Below are positions 28,298 through 39,679 of a stretch of DNA of 64,000 nucleotides, one piece after another. The stretch is from positions 67,611 through 131,610 of the forward strand of contig CAZFTP010000001.1 in the NCBI GenBank assembly GCA_964521915.1, read 5' to 3'. Origin of the DNA: an uncultured Candidatus Marinamargulisbacteria bacterium (lineage in GTDB: Bacteria; Margulisbacteria; Marinamargulisbacteria; CAZFTP01). Each line of letters opens with the position of its first letter. The first letter of the stretch is position 1. Below the pieces are notes generated by a model. It saw nothing but the letters and a program-made list of their open reading frames with translations. It was not told the DNA's origin and did not search any database. Both the position numbers and the translations under genes were made by a program.

Positions 28298-29087
28298 AAA
28301 TAAGATTTAAAAAAGATTTAAAAGTATAACTATTGTCACTATAATTTTCACAATAAATACTAAAAAGTCGTGCTTCTAACGCCTCTTTAGTTAAATAACG
28401 AGTTAGATTACCGTTTTCTGCCATTGAAATTGTACCTGTTTCTTCTGAAACAACAATTACTATAGCATCTGTATCTTCAGATAACCCTATAGCCGCTCTA
28501 TGTCTGGTACCTAACCTTCTATCAGTAATACGAGCATCTGTTAAAGGCAATAAACATCTAGCCGCAATAATTTTATCTTCTCTAATAATTATTGCACCAT
28601 CATGTGTTGGAGTATGGGGCCAAAACAAATTAATAATCATTTCTGCGGTAACTTGTCCATTAATATTAATACCGGTTTCAACATATTCAGATAAATTAGT
28701 GGTAACTTCGATTGCTATTAATGCCCCTATTTTCTCTTTAGCTAAATAATCTACTGCTCTTAAAATATGTTTAATAATCAACATACCTTGAGTTTCAATG
28801 GATATCAAAGGGGAAAATAATTTTCCTCGGCCAATTCGTTCTAATAATCTACGTAATTCCGGCTGAAAAATAATGAGTACTAAAATAATCAATACCGGGG
28901 TAAATTTACCTAATAACCAATTTAAAACTGTTAATTTACAAAAATAACTTATTACAAAAAGAAAAAAAATAATAATTAAACCTTTTACAACATTAAAAGA
29001 TCTGGTTGCTTTAATAAACAACAAAAAATAATAAACAATTAAATAAACTATAAAAACATCTAAAAACCTTAAAAATATAGCAATCAT
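28278..29087 (-). CDS. cdaA: membrane-anchored diadenylate cyclase (DisA_N / CdaA type)
   Basis: N-terminal TM helices; DGAIII and TRHRAAIG motifs. Confidence 0.8.
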   Translation of the reverse strand: MIAIFLRFLDVFIVYLIVYYFLLFIKATRSFNVVKGLIIIFFLFVISYFCKLTVLNWLLGKFTPVLIILVLIIFQPELRRLLERIGRGKLFSPLISIETQGMLIIKHILRAVDYLAKEKIGALIAIEVTTNLSEYVETGININGQVTAEMIINLFWPHTPTHDGAIIIREDKIIAARCLLPLTDARITDRRLGTRHRAAIGLSEDTDAIVIVVSEETGTISMAENGNLTRYLTKEALEARLFSIYCENYSDNSYTFKSFLNLIFGGKHR

Positions 29088-30379
29088 ATTAAATCATTCC
29101 TAATTAAATCTTGAAGACTTTCTCTTTTAACTATCAATTTTGCTTCACCATTATTTACCAGAACCATCGCTGGTTTACAGAATCTATTATAATTACTGGA
29201 CATGGCATAATTATACGCTCCGGTTGAATAAACAATTAAATAATCTCCAACTTCAACATCACACGGTAAAGCAACATGCTTAGCCAAAATATCTCCGGAT
29301 TCACAAAATTTTCCAGCTATAGTAAAATAAGCATTCTTTTCCAACTCTGCTTTATTTATTATATCAAAAGAATATTCAGATTGATAAATCAAAGGACGCG
29401 GATTGTCTGCCATTCCGCCATCAATAAATAAATATGTTCTTTTTGCAGAAACTTTTTTTATAGTTCCTATTTTGTAGATCGTAATTCCAGCTCTACCAAT
29501 AATTGACCTACCTGGCTCCATTATTAGTTGTAACTCTGGTAAACCGAATTTTTTCAATTCTTTTTTTAAATGATTAGCTACTTTTGCAACAGTTAAACTA
29601 ATATCCGGTGGATCATCGGTTTTAAGATACTGAATTCCCAAACCACCACCAATATTAATTACTTCGGATGTTATATTTAATTCATCTTTAATCCGCTTAG
29701 TTAATTCTGCTAAAATTGAAACTAAAGCAAGGTAAGGCTCAATATCTAAAATTTGTGAACCTATATGAGCATGTAATCCTAAAAATTTTACATATTTTTG
29801 ATCTTTAATCTGTGTTATTAAAGGTAACAAATCGCTGATTGCCACTCCAAATTTAGAATCTTCGTGTCCGGTTTTAATAAAATCATGTGTGTGCGCTTCT
29901 ATACCTGGTCTTACTCTAATTAAACAACCTATTTCTTTCTTCAATTCTTTGGTTAATTCAATAACCCTAGTTAGCTCTGTTTGATTATCAATTACAATTT
30001 TAATCTGGTTTTCTACTGCCATTGCCAATTCTTCATCGGATTTATTATTTCCATGAAAATAAATTTTTTTTGGATCAATTTTACTTTGTAACGCTGTATA
30101 TAATTCTCCACCGGAAACTACATCTACGCCTAAATTTTCTTCTGCTAAAACATTCAACACTCCAATAGTACTTAAAGCCTTACTGGCATATAATACCAAT
30201 GAATTTGGATATTCATTTTTTAAACTATAGGTATATTTTTGACAATTAGATCTGAGAGTTGCTTCATCGATAACATATAACGGGGTTTGGGATTCTTGCG
30301 CGAGCTTGGTTAAATCTACCCCGCCGATACAGATATTGCCTTTTTTATTTATTTCATAAGTAATTGGTTTAAGATTCAT
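29084..30379 (-). CDS. lysA: diaminopimelate decarboxylase
   Basis: PLP fold-III decarboxylase; YASKA lysine and GGGLG motifs. Confidence 0.85.
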   Translation of the reverse strand: MNLKPITYEINKKGNICIGGVDLTKLAQESQTPLYVIDEATLRSNCQKYTYSLKNEYPNSLVLYASKALSTIGVLNVLAEENLGVDVVSGGELYTALQSKIDPKKIYFHGNNKSDEELAMAVENQIKIVIDNQTELTRVIELTKELKKEIGCLIRVRPGIEAHTHDFIKTGHEDSKFGVAISDLLPLITQIKDQKYVKFLGLHAHIGSQILDIEPYLALVSILAELTKRIKDELNITSEVINIGGGLGIQYLKTDDPPDISLTVAKVANHLKKELKKFGLPELQLIMEPGRSIIGRAGITIYKIGTIKKVSAKRTYLFIDGGMADNPRPLIYQSEYSFDIINKAELEKNAYFTIAGKFCESGDILAKHVALPCDVEVGDYLIVYSTGAYNYAMSSNYNRFCKPAMVLVNNGEAKLIVKRESLQDLIRNDLI

Positions 30380-30707
30380 TGTATTTATTTTTCCCTAATA
30401 ATCCTATTTTTTATTTTAAAAAAGAAACAAAATTTTATATTTATGTATCCCCAGGGTGCTTCGCACCCTGGGGATACATAAAAAACTCATGAGATGAGGG
30501 TAAAAATTCACCCTCTTTAACCTCGTAGAGCTATCATATCTGAACTCCGATTTATAGAATTATAAGATTTTCTTGATTAAAGGGTATATCTTAGGCTTAC
30601 TTATTTCTTTAATCATGCTAATCATTTAATCATGTAAATCATGGTTCAAGACATTTCCCTGAGCCCCACTAGTGCCTAGTGCCTTTTGCCTAGTACCTGT
30701 TCCCCAT
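30380..30707. repeat. mosaic repeat cluster (module E aaaagaaacaaaatttt, module A hairpin 30445-30477, ATCAT array, module D ctagtgcctagtgccttttgcctagtacct)
   Basis: Perfect hairpin gtatccccagggtgc-ttc-gcaccctggggatac; module D abuts the stop codon of the leuA/cimA-family gene. Confidence 0.85.
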
Positions 30708-32288
30708 TTATTTTCCCAACAATTTATATTCGTAACTATCTACCAATGCATCCCAGGAGGCATCAATAATATTTTTAGAAACCCCAACAGTTGCCCATTC
30801 TTCATTTGGGTCATCCCAAAGAATGTGAACTCTAACAGTTGCATCTGTTCCATCTTTAGAATCTAATACTCTTACTTTATAATCTACTAGCCTGATTTTC
30901 TTAATCTCTGAATATAAAGGTTCTAAAGCTTTTCGCAAACCATGATCTAAGGCACTAACCGGACCAGTTCCATCACTAGCAATATGCACTTCACTATGAT
31001 TAATTTTAGCTTTAATAGTTGCTTCAATATGGAAGTCTCTTACTTTGGTCCTTTCGCTATTAACTCTAAAAAACTCTAAATTAATTTTAGGAGTAAAATT
31101 TGTTAACATTTTACGCATCAAAATATTTAAACTTACTTCTGCTTCTTCGTATTGATACCCCATATTCTCTAATTCTTTTATTTTCTGGGTTAATTCTTTT
31201 AACTGCTCTTTATGAGACTCATCTATTTCTATACCGAATTCTTTGGCTTTATAATGCAAATTGCTTACCCCACTAAGTTCAGAAACTACTACTCTACGAC
31301 AATTACCTACTTTTTCCGGCTCTATATGTTCGTAAGTACCCGGATTTTTAAGTACAGCATTAACATGAACACCTGCTTTATGAGTAAATGCGCTTCTGCC
31401 AATATAAGGGCTAAAAGCGTCATGATTTAGATTGGCTATTTCATCTAAATGATAAGAAATATTAGCTAGATTTTTCAACTGTTCATCACTAATACATTCT
31501 ATTTTCTTTTTTAAAATCAAAGTTGGCATTATGGTACTTAAATTCATATTACCGGCTCTTTCACCGTAGCCGTTAAGCGTACCCTGAATATGTTCCACCC
31601 CTTCATCAATGGCAAATAAAGCATTAGCCACTGCCAAACCATTATCATTATGAGGATGAATTCCCAACCTCATTTTTGGATATTTCTTTTTTATTATGCT
31701 AATTATTTCCTGCACTTCATTAGGTAAAGTACCGCCATTGGTATCGCAAAGACACATAATATCAGCACCGGCAACTTCCGCTGTTTTTAGAACTTCTAAA
31801 GCATATTTATGATTATGTTTAAAACCATCAAAAAAATGTTCGGCATCAAAAATTACTTCTTTGCCTTTTTGTTTTAAATAATGTAGAGAATCGTAAATTA
31901 AGGCTAAATTTTCATCTAACGTAATTTTTAAAGCTTCTTCAACATGAAAATCCCAAGCTTTACCAAAAATTACGGCTACAGGAACATCGGTATTTAAGAT
32001 TGCTTTTATATTTTCATCTTCATCAACTTTATTCTTAGCTCTTCTGGTACTGCTAAATGCCGCTATTTTGGCATTTTTGAGCTTTAAGTCTTTTACTGCC
32101 ACAAAATATTCTAAAGCTTTGGGGTTTGAACCCGGCCAACCGCCTTCAATATAATGGATACCAAGTTGATCTAAAATTTGAGTTACCCGCAATTTATCTC
32201 TTACGGTAAAAGAAATCCCTTCTCTTTGTTCACCGTCTCTTAAAGTTGTATCTAATACTGATACTTTTTTTATCATGTTACAGCTCAA
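30708..32288 (-). CDS. 2-isopropylmalate synthase / (R)-citramalate synthase family (short LeuA/CimA form)
   Basis: LRDGEQ and [13 protein letters not shown] motifs; 526 aa with a C-terminal regulatory domain. Confidence 0.8.
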   Translation of the reverse strand: MSCNMIKKVSVLDTTLRDGEQREGISFTVRDKLRVTQILDQLGIHYIEGGWPGSNPKALEYFVAVKDLKLKNAKIAAFSSTRRAKNKVDEDENIKAILNTDVPVAVIFGKAWDFHVEEALKITLDENLALIYDSLHYLKQKGKEVIFDAEHFFDGFKHNHKYALEVLKTAEVAGADIMCLCDTNGGTLPNEVQEIISIIKKKYPKMRLGIHPHNDNGLAVANALFAIDEGVEHIQGTLNGYGERAGNMNLSTIMPTLILKKKIECISDEQLKNLANISYHLDEIANLNHDAFSPYIGRSAFTHKAGVHVNAVLKNPGTYEHIEPEKVGNCRRVVVSELSGVSNLHYKAKEFGIEIDESHKEQLKELTQKIKELENMGYQYEEAEVSLNILMRKMLTNFTPKINLEFFRVNSERTKVRDFHIEATIKAKINHSEVHIASDGTGPVSALDHGLRKALEPLYSEIKKIRLVDYKVRVLDSKDGTDATVRVHILWDDPNEEWATVGVSKNIIDASWDALVDSYEYKLLGK

Positions 32289-32601
32289 CTATTTTAGGAT
32301 CTAATTTTTCTTTAGCTGGATCTATCATGGCATAAGATAAAATAAAAATTTCATCTCCTATTTCACCCATTCTAGCCGCCGGACCATTTAAACAAAAATC
32401 TCTACTACCACGAGGTCCCTTTATTACATAAGTTTCAAATCTATTACCATTATTTAAGTTTACCACATGAACTTGTTCATGTTCTAATAAATTTACCTGT
32501 TCCATAATATCTTCTGCAATAGTGATACTACCTCGATATAATAAATTTTTATCCGTAATCTTGGCATAGCTAATTTTGGATTTTAAAACATTAATTAACA
32601 T
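32278..32601 (-). CDS. panD: aspartate 1-decarboxylase
   Basis: 107 aa; [10 protein letters not shown]...YRGSITIA (pyruvoyl precursor G-S site). Confidence 0.85.
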   Translation of the reverse strand: MLINVLKSKISYAKITDKNLLYRGSITIAEDIMEQVNLLEHEQVHVVNLNNGNRFETYVIKGPRGSRDFCLNGPAARMGEIGDEIFILSYAMIDPAKEKLDPKIVEL

Positions 32602-32753
32602 AAAAAACCTCTATTTTTCTTTTAATAGTAAGTTTTATTAAAGATATTGTAAAGGGTTATTTGTGCTATTTTAGGGAGGAAACATGCAAATGTGGTAGCT
32701 TTAGTAACACATATGATCCTTGATTCACCAAATTAAATAATTAAGATTATAGA

Positions 32754-33239
32754 TTAAGTTTTATTTTGTTGTGGTTTAGGTTGTAAATAAAATAGATAAC
32801 TCCCCATTGATGCGACAGTACCAACTCCATAATCATATTGAAGACTAAAATAATAATTATTATCTGTATATTTAAATGTTGTAATTATAATATTATATGC
32901 CCCACTAGGTATTAAGAATACTCCAGTCTTATAAGTATTTCCATTTGTTTTTAAAGATAACTGATAATAATTATTTGTGTCCTTATCATAAGTAGTAGTA
33001 TAAACATTAGATACTACTGTTTTATTACAAAAAACACCAGGAATGACAACACAATTTTCAGGTGGTTTAACTTTTTCAATATTGAATTCTTCTATATTAA
33101 TATTTGAATCAACCTTATGTATTATATTTAGATTAATTGTTTTTTCGTCCAGACCTGAAATTTTATTATTAATACAAAAAAAAGAACCACAAATAAGAAT
33201 AAAAAATAGTAAAACAAAAATTTTTTCCATATTTTTCAT
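32754..33239 (-). CDS. small secreted hypothetical protein, paralog A
   Basis: Signal peptide; shares YYQLSLKTNGNTYKTGVFLIP core with the 33448 gene. Confidence 0.5.
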   Translation of the reverse strand: MKNMEKIFVLLFFILICGSFFCINNKISGLDEKTINLNIIHKVDSNINIEEFNIEKVKPPENCVVIPGVFCNKTVVSNVYTTTYDKDTNNYYQLSLKTNGNTYKTGVFLIPSGAYNIIITTFKYTDNNYYFSLQYDYGVGTVASMGSYLFYLQPKPQQNKT

Positions 33240-33447
33240 ATATTGATCTCCTTTTTTAATTACTCTCTAAAAATAAATATTAACACAAATAGGAAATCGG
33301 TATTAAATTTCACATAGTTGCATCGATATATTTTATTCTATTTTTAAACAATATTTTTTTCCATACATCATTAATTTAATTTCATGCGATAATAATTTCA
33401 GGCATTTTTAATAAAAAGGAGGTTATATTTAAAATTAAATTTTTAAA

Positions 33448-33912
33448 ATGGAGAAATTTATGAAAAAAGCTTTTATATTATTTATAATTATTTTTATTAG
33501 TTGTACGTTTTTTATAGTAAATAAAATTAATGGCGATGAGCCTAAAACAGCAAAAATTTCTATGCAAGTTTATTTACAAAATGGTTTAGGTTGTTCTGAT
33601 ATTAATATTAATGTATCCTCAACTAAAGAACCATCTTGTATTTTTCAACAAAACGTTAGTGGTTTACCTTCTATAAATGATCTAAAACAGTTTACAGCCT
33701 ATTCAGTAGATTCTACCCCAGGACAAGATAATTATTATTATCTATCGCTTAAATTTGGTAACAATACCTATAAAACAGGGGTATTTAAGATACCTGCTCA
33801 ACCAGGACAAGTTAGAATCTATATAATGGGTGCTAACGGTGTACATTATTTTACTTTTACTCATGGAACTGATACTACAATGGGACCTATAGGAGCTTCA
33901 GCATTTAACTAA
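33448..33912 (+). CDS. small secreted hypothetical protein, paralog B (true start possibly the ATG at 33460 after GGAG)
   Basis: Signal peptide; YYYLSLKFGNNTYKTGVFKIP core; divergently transcribed from paralog A. Confidence 0.5.
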   Translation: MEKFMKKAFILFIIIFISCTFFIVNKINGDEPKTAKISMQVYLQNGLGCSDININVSSTKEPSCIFQQNVSGLPSINDLKQFTAYSVDSTPGQDNYYYLSLKFGNNTYKTGVFKIPAQPGQVRIYIMGANGVHYFTFTHGTDTTMGPIGASAFN

Positions 33913-33934
33913 ATAATTCTTTGCTATTTAAAGG

Positions 33935-34000
33935 GGATGAATCAAAAAAGTCACCCTGGCTGACCCAAAAGCATCACGAGCTTTTGGGCCAACCCCCTTT
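33935..34000 (+). terminator. nested GC stem-loop followed by a T-tract, downstream of the 33448 gene
   Basis: gacccaaaagc-atcacga-gcttttgggcc within aaagggg...ccccctttatttt. Confidence 0.55.
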
Positions 34001-34157
34001 ATTTTCAACTTGTTACAAAGTGATAATTTTTCAAACTATTGCATCAAAATCAATTTTTAAATTTCATTCATAAGACTACTAAAAAAATTTTGCTAATTCA
34101 TCAAAAATATGCATTAATTATAGAATATAATTATTATTAAAAGGCAGGTTTATTCTT

Positions 34158-35792
34158 ATGAATAAAATTAAACTTATTTTTATCCTATTAATTGTTTTTT
34201 TGCTTTATAATTATTGTCAGCTCACTTTTGCCAGTATTTATTTACCAAAATATGATTTCAATATCCTAATTCCAAATTTTTGGGAAATTACTCCTACTAC
34301 TAACAATATCATTGCTCTAGAGCTAGAAAATAAAACTAGTTCTGCTAATCTTACTATCTATTATTTCCCTGATATTAGCGATTTAAAAATTATTAAAGAA
34401 CAAATACAAAATAAGAATTGGCAAAAAGTAAAAGAACGTAAATTATCAGAAACAGAACTAAAAAATTCCGGAGCAAATTATGGAATTGCTGTTTTACAAA
34501 ATTCACTAATACCAAATAATAACAAGTTTAAATTTGATTATTTTTATAAATATAATAATCAAATTTACGTAATTTCCCTTATTTGCGGAAAAAAACAATG
34601 GAAAAACATTGAAAAAGATATTCGTTTAATCCTAAAAAATTTTTGGTTCGGAGCATCTATAAGAGATGAACAAGCACTATTAGATCAAGAAACCGAATGG
34701 CGTATGGTTGGTAAAAATTCAAAAAACTATAACAGTTTAACAATTTCTCCTATAAATAATTTGGAATTAAATAATAATTTAACCATAGTAATACCAGATA
34801 ATATTTCCGCAAGCTATAATAATTTAACTTTTTACGAAAATACAATCTATTTAAAAACCGATTACAAAATCATAGCTTATAAATTAAACGGAGAAATAGT
34901 TTGGGAACATCATAATCAAAATAAAATTCTGAAAAATATTTTACTAGAAACTAATTTGCTTTTTTTTCTTACTTTTAAAAACAAAAATCAATTAGTGTTA
35001 AATTCACTAAAAAGCTCTACCGGCGAAATTTATTTTCAAAAAGATATTAAGGGCAAAGATACAACCTATTTAGTAAGTAATGATAATATTATTTATTTAG
35101 TTATAGATAAAAAATTGACAGCAATTGAAAATGAATCAGGGTCAATTATTTGGCAAACTACGGCAAATTATAATAATAGTTTTTATCCGGTAATTAGTAA
35201 TGACTATATAACAGCCATAAAACAAAAACAAAATTTAGTGGTTGCCGATAAAATAACCGGTGAAAAAATATGGGAAAAAAAACTGGAAGGCTTCCCCTTA
35301 TTTTCACCAATAATTACTAACAATTTAGTTCTTGTTTTTTATAAATCAAATATTCATCAGGTTTTTAATCTTAAAGCGTATAATTTAGAAACAGGTAAAG
35401 AAATATGGAATTTTCCCAAAATACTAAGTCTCAAAAAAGTGTTAAATCGCCCGTCTATTATTAATAACCAATTAGTATTTTTAGGTATTGATAAAAATAA
35501 AACTCAAGATTTGTTGCTATTTGTAGTAAATACAGAAAATGGCGAAGAAATTAAACAATATAAATTAAATAAAAATAATTGGCTTTTAGATAATATCATG
35601 AATACCAACGAGGGTATTTTTATTTTATCAAATAATATAAATAAACCATTAGCATTAAACAGAATAAATTTTAGTAAAGGTACTTTAAAAAAATATTATC
35701 TTAAAGAAACAAATCAAATTTTAGATACCAAAATATTTTTAAATCAACTATTTCTAATTAATAATAACCATGAACTACAGATTTACTATTAG
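34158..35792 (+). CDS. secreted protein with C-terminal PQQ-like beta-propeller repeats (BamB-like)
   Basis: Signal peptide; repeated G(E/S)xxW motifs (NGEIVWE, SGSIIWQ, TGEKIWE, TGKEIWN). Confidence 0.55.
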   Translation: MNKIKLIFILLIVFLLYNYCQLTFASIYLPKYDFNILIPNFWEITPTTNNIIALELENKTSSANLTIYYFPDISDLKIIKEQIQNKNWQKVKERKLSETELKNSGANYGIAVLQNSLIPNNNKFKFDYFYKYNNQIYVISLICGKKQWKNIEKDIRLILKNFWFGASIRDEQALLDQETEWRMVGKNSKNYNSLTISPINNLELNNNLTIVIPDNISASYNNLTFYENTIYLKTDYKIIAYKLNGEIVWEHHNQNKILKNILLETNLLFFLTFKNKNQLVLNSLKSSTGEIYFQKDIKGKDTTYLVSNDNIIYLVIDKKLTAIENESGSIIWQTTANYNNSFYPVISNDYITAIKQKQNLVVADKITGEKIWEKKLEGFPLFSPIITNNLVLVFYKSNIHQVFNLKAYNLETGKEIWNFPKILSLKKVLNRPSIINNQLVFLGIDKNKTQDLLLFVVNTENGEEIKQYKLNKNNWLLDNIMNTNEGIFILSNNINKPLALNRINFSKGTLKKYYLKETNQILDTKIFLNQLFLINNNHELQIYY

Positions 35793-35940
35793 CGTAAATA
35801 ATGATAAGTAAAAATAAATACTTGACGTTACTATAATTTCTGCATTATACTATATTTATCAAGCTTGAAGAAAAGCTCTATCAGCTGAGGGCTTTTCCAA
35901 AACTACCCTAAATTTGTTTAAGACACAAATTATAAAGAGA

Positions 35941-35982
35941 GTTTGTCGTGAAATAAATTTTTTTCAAAATAGAAGTCATAAA
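35941..35982. repeat. degenerate MITE-like copy
   Basis: gtttgtcgtgaaataaatttttttcaaaatagaagtcat matches the family core with substitutions. Confidence 0.45.
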
Positions 35983-36039
35983 TTAATTTTTGATTTGGAG
36001 TTTATGCTTATAAATAATTAATTTTAACGCACTAGTTTG

Positions 36040-36068
36040 GGAAAATAGCCATTTTGCTACAGACTCAA
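36040..36068. repeat. MITE-like half copy (aaatagccattttgctacagactc) upstream of ssb
   Basis: Right-arm terminal repeat only. Confidence 0.6.
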
Positions 36069-36119
36069 AGGAGAAAATAAAAAAAATAACCTAACCTTAC
36101 TTTAAAAAGAGGTGTTAAA

Positions 36120-36464
36120 ATGAGTTTCAATTATAATCATGCAGTTCTTATGGGCAGATTAACCAGAGATCCGGAAACTAAAACAATTTCGGATATTCAA
36201 AAAACTACTTTTGCAATTGCCATTGACAGACCATATAAAAAAGAAGATGGTACAAGTGATACGGATTTTTTTAATATTATTGCTTGGGGTAAACTTGCGG
36301 AAGTTTCTGCAAAATTATTACGCAAAGGGGCACCGGTTTTAGTTGACGGAAGAATACAAATTAGACCTTATGAAAAAGACGACAAAAAACATTGGTTCAC
36401 AGAAATTGTAGCGGATAATTTTCAGATTTTAGAACAAATAAGCAAGAAGACTCAAGAAGCGTAA
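36120..36464 (+). CDS. ssb: single-stranded DNA-binding protein (short form)
   Basis: OB-fold sequence MSFNYNHAVLMGRLTRDPE...FFNIIAWGKLAE; 114 aa. Confidence 0.8.
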   Translation: MSFNYNHAVLMGRLTRDPETKTISDIQKTTFAIAIDRPYKKEDGTSDTDFFNIIAWGKLAEVSAKLLRKGAPVLVDGRIQIRPYEKDDKKHWFTEIVADNFQILEQISKKTQEA

Positions 36465-36469
36465 TGGCT

Positions 36470-36504
36470 GTTATCTCCATGGTGCATAGCACCATGGAGA
36501 TAAC
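36470..36504. terminator. perfect 16-bp GC hairpin between the convergent ssb and OMP genes
   Basis: gttatctccatggtgc-ata-gcaccatggagataac. Confidence 0.6.
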
Positions 36505-36510
36505 AACTAA

Positions 36511-36978
36511 TTAAAGATTAACTATAAATCCTAAATTCGGTTCAATAGCAGAAAAAACACTAAACTCATGTGAAGTTGTATTAACTTTATATTTTAATAG
36601 AGATAAGCTTAATTCTACGGTTAAATTATCAACAATTTTATAACTAAATGATTTTTTCAAAGTAATTGAATAATTAGCTAAAAGATTTGTACTTTTTTTT
36701 GTTGTACTACTATAAGTACTATAAGCATCGCAATCAATATAAAGTCCCCATAATTTGTTAAACTTAATCCCTAATCTGGCTAAAGAAATATATGGGTCAT
36801 TATCATTAATGGTTATACCCAAACCTGTTCTTAAACCTAAATCTTCATTAAGATTAAAAGCAAAGGTTTGAATACCGGTATCTTTGCCGTTAAAAGAAGT
36901 AGTAAATTTCCCTTCGAAAGCATAAGATTGAACACTAAAAACTATCGCAAAAACTAACAACACTAATATTTTTTTCAC
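36511..36978 (-). CDS. small outer-membrane beta-barrel protein
   Basis: Signal peptide; alternating hydrophobic pattern; aromatic-rich C-terminus; 155 aa. Confidence 0.5.
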   Translation of the reverse strand: MKKILVLLVFAIVFSVQSYAFEGKFTTSFNGKDTGIQTFAFNLNEDLGLRTGLGITINDNDPYISLARLGIKFNKLWGLYIDCDAYSTYSSTTKKSTNLLANYSITLKKSFSYKIVDNLTVELSLSLLKYKVNTTSHEFSVFSAIEPNLGFIVNL

Positions 36979-37171
36979 TTAAATACTCCTTAATAAAAAT
37001 TATTTGCAATTTTAAAATTTTAAAACCCCCTTTTTTTTATTATTTATTAAAATAATAAAATTTTAATATTAAAAAAAAATTAAACTTTTATTAATTTTCA
37101 GTTTGATTAACACAATGTTATTATCATAAAAATAAATATACAATTAAAAAAAAATATTTTAAAATAAAAAG

Positions 37172-37975
37172 ATGCAAAACATTGGTTTACTCCTTACTTA
37201 TAACGAAGAAGATTGTATTGAAGAAGTAATGAAAGAGAATAAGAAATATTTTGATAAAATTCTAGTTTTAGATGGCTCTACTGATAAAACCGAGGAAATA
37301 ATTCGTAGCTTTGATAATGTTAAATACTTTTTAAAAGAACAAGAAATTTTTCCAAAACGTAAAATAAGTGATGGTATGCGCCAATTTTTAATAGAAAAAG
37401 CTCAGGAATTGTATGGTGCCCATGGTTGGTTTACCCTATTACACGGAGATGAGATATTTGTTGATAACCCTAATAAAATTGCAGAAAGAGCTGAAAAAGC
37501 CAAAGCTGAAAAAGTAAATTGGCACGGATTGAATTTTTATTTACATACTAGCCAAATAAAAGAATATAATCCAAAAAAAAATTTTGTAGATCAAGTTGTA
37601 TTTTATCAACCGGGAACTATTGAAATAAGACAATTTAGAAATAAACCAGGAATATGTTATGATCTTACCAAAAACGGAGTTGTCCCTAAAGGTATTGGCT
37701 GGCAAATTCTTTTTGATTATCCCGTTTTTAAACATTACCGGGTAAGGTACGCATTTCAAAAACGTTTCAATAAAGATCTTGGTTTTTTTGGTGTAAAAAA
37801 GGAAACTAAATATAACTTTGAAGATTATTTTTTAGATAGATTTGATCCGCAAACCAAAGAAGTATTAAAATTTGATACAGATTTTGGCGAATTCACTCCT
37901 GGTAAAAGGACTAATTTTCTCTTACAAGTATTACGCATTTCTTTAATGAATAAAAAATATAATAAACTTAAATAA
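37172..37975 (+). CDS. GT-A fold (family-2-like) glycosyltransferase
   Basis: N-terminal LLLTYNEEDCIEEV...VLDGSTDKTEEI pattern typical of GT2. Confidence 0.45.
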   Translation: MQNIGLLLTYNEEDCIEEVMKENKKYFDKILVLDGSTDKTEEIIRSFDNVKYFLKEQEIFPKRKISDGMRQFLIEKAQELYGAHGWFTLLHGDEIFVDNPNKIAERAEKAKAEKVNWHGLNFYLHTSQIKEYNPKKNFVDQVVFYQPGTIEIRQFRNKPGICYDLTKNGVVPKGIGWQILFDYPVFKHYRVRYAFQKRFNKDLGFFGVKKETKYNFEDYFLDRFDPQTKEVLKFDTDFGEFTPGKRTNFLLQVLRISLMNKKYNKLK

Positions 37976-37984
37976 AAGGAGTTA

Positions 37985-38057
37985 TGCGCCGTCGGGGATT
38001 CGAACCCAGGGCCCACTGATTAAGAGTCAGTTGCTCTACCAACTGAGCTAACGGCGC
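37985..38057 (-). tRNA. tRNA-Lys (anticodon CTT), no encoded CCA
   Basis: Reverse complement GCGCCGTTAGCTCAGTTGGTAGAGCAACTGACTCTTAATCAGTGGGCCCTGGGTTCGAATCCCCGACGGCGCA folds as a cloverleaf; anticodon loop CTCTTAA with U33. Confidence 0.85.
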
Positions 38058-38065
38058 GATATTTA

Positions 38066-38098
38066 ATTATATGTTGAGGCTACGCCTCAACATATAAT
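38066..38098. terminator. perfect 15-bp hairpin between rpsJ and tRNA-Lys
   Basis: attatatgttgaggc-tac-gcctcaacatataat. Confidence 0.55.
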
Positions 38099-38430
38099 TA
38101 AGAGTTTAACTTGATTTCTATATCTACGCCTTGCGGTAAATCTAATTGCATTAAAGCATCCATAGCAGAAGCTGGTGGATCTATGATATCAATTAATCTT
38201 TTATAAATTCTGATTTCATAATGCTCCCCCCCTCTTTTGTGCACATGAGGAGATTTAAGGATACACCATACTTTTTTTTCAGTTGGTAATGGAATTGGCC
38301 CAACTACTTTAGCACCGGATTTTTCGGCAGTTTTTACTATTTTCTCAGAAGATTGGTCTACTAAGATATGTTCAAATGCTTTTAATCTGATTCTGATTTT
38401 TTGTTCTTTTTTCTTTGTTGCTGTTGTCAA
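38098..38430 (-). CDS. rpsJ: 30S ribosomal protein S10
   Basis: [12 protein letters not shown]...GPIPLPT...LIDI motifs. Confidence 0.95.
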   Translation of the reverse strand: MTTATKKKEQKIRIRLKAFEHILVDQSSEKIVKTAEKSGAKVVGPIPLPTEKKVWCILKSPHVHKRGGEHYEIRIYKRLIDIIDPPASAMDALMQLDLPQGVDIEIKLNS

Positions 38431-38485
38431 AATTGTTCCCTCTCTATTTTAAAGACGCTCTTCCGAGCGTCTTTAAAAAAATAAA

Positions 38486-39679
38486 TTATTCTATGATTTT
38501 AGTTACTACACCCGCACCTACTGTTCTACCACCTTCTCTAATAGCAAATCTCATACCATCTTCACAAGCTACTGGAATTATTAATTCTACATCAATTGCA
38601 ATATTATCACCAGGCATAACCATTTCAACACCTGCTGGCAACTTAATTTCACCAGTTACGTCTGTTGTTCTAATATAAAATTGTGGTCTGTAACCAGCAA
38701 AGAAAGGAGTATGACGTCCACCTTCTTCTTTCTTTAATACATAAATATTAGCTTTAAATTTGTGGTGAGGAGTAATACTTCCAGGTTTTGCTAATACCAT
38801 ACCTCTTTTTAAAGTATCTTTATCAACACCTCTTAAAAGAGCACCTAAATTATCACCAGCTACACCTTCGTCTAATAATTTTCTAAACATTTCCAAACCA
38901 GTTACTGTTGTTTTAAAAACTTTTTCTGCCATACCTACTAATTCTACTTCTTCACCAACTTTTACTTTTCCTCTTTCTACTCTACCAGTACCTACAGTAC
39001 CTCTTCCAGTAATACTAAATACATCTTCAATAGGCATCAAAAACGGTTTATCAATATCTCTTTTTGGTTCTGGAATATAACTATCAACTGCGGCTAATAA
39101 TTCTCTAATGCATTTTTCGCCTTCTTCACCAGCTTTTGCTTCTAAAGCTTTTAAAGCTGAACCTTTGATTATTGGAATATCATCTCCAGGGAATTCGTAT
39201 TTACTTAATAATTCTCTAATTTCAACTTCAACAAGTTCTAATAATTCAGGATCATCTACCATATCAACTTTGTTCATAAATACAACGATGTAAGGAACGT
39301 TTACCTGACGTGCAAGTAAAATATGTTCTCTAGTTTGAGGCATCGGACCATCCGCGGCGCTAACAACTAAAATAGCACCATCCATTTGTGCCGCACCTGT
39401 AATCATGTTCTTGATATAGTCAGCGTGACCTGGACAGTCAACGTGCGCATAATGACGATTATCTGTTTCATATTCTACGTGGGCAGTAGCAATTGTAATA
39501 CCCCTGGCTTTTTCTTCTGGAGCACTATCAATTTGGTCATATGCTTTAAATTCTGCTTTACCATCTGCGGCTAAAACTTTTGTAATAGCGGCAGTTAAAG
39601 TTGTTTTACCATGGTCAACGTGACCAATAGTACCTATATTAACGTGTGGTTTTTTTCTCTCAAATTTTTCCTTTGCCAT
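38486..39679 (-). CDS. tuf: elongation factor Tu
   Basis: [18 protein letters not shown] and NKVD motifs; 397 aa. Confidence 0.97.
   Translation of the reverse strand: MAKEKFERKKPHVNIGTIGHVDHGKTTLTAAITKVLAADGKAEFKAYDQIDSAPEEKARGITIATAHVEYETDNRHYAHVDCPGHADYIKNMITGAAQMDGAILVVSAADGPMPQTREHILLARQVNVPYIVVFMNKVDMVDDPELLELVEVEIRELLSKYEFPGDDIPIIKGSALKALEAKAGEEGEKCIRELLAAVDSYIPEPKRDIDKPFLMPIEDVFSITGRGTVGTGRVERGKVKVGEEVELVGMAEKVFKTTVTGLEMFRKLLDEGVAGDNLGALLRGVDKDTLKRGMVLAKPGSITPHHKFKANIYVLKKEEGGRHTPFFAGYRPQFYIRTTDVTGEIKLPAGVEMVMPGDNIAIDVELIIPVACEDGMRFAIREGGRTVGAGVVTKIIE

Noticed and set aside
38431-38485. Hairpin aaagacgctc-ttcc-gagcgtcttt between tuf and rpsJ as a rho-independent terminator
   Set aside because: On the transcribed (minus) strand the stem is followed by an A-run rather than a U-tract. 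tuf and rpsJ are normally co-transcribed, so it is more likely a processing or attenuation structure and is not annotated as a terminator.
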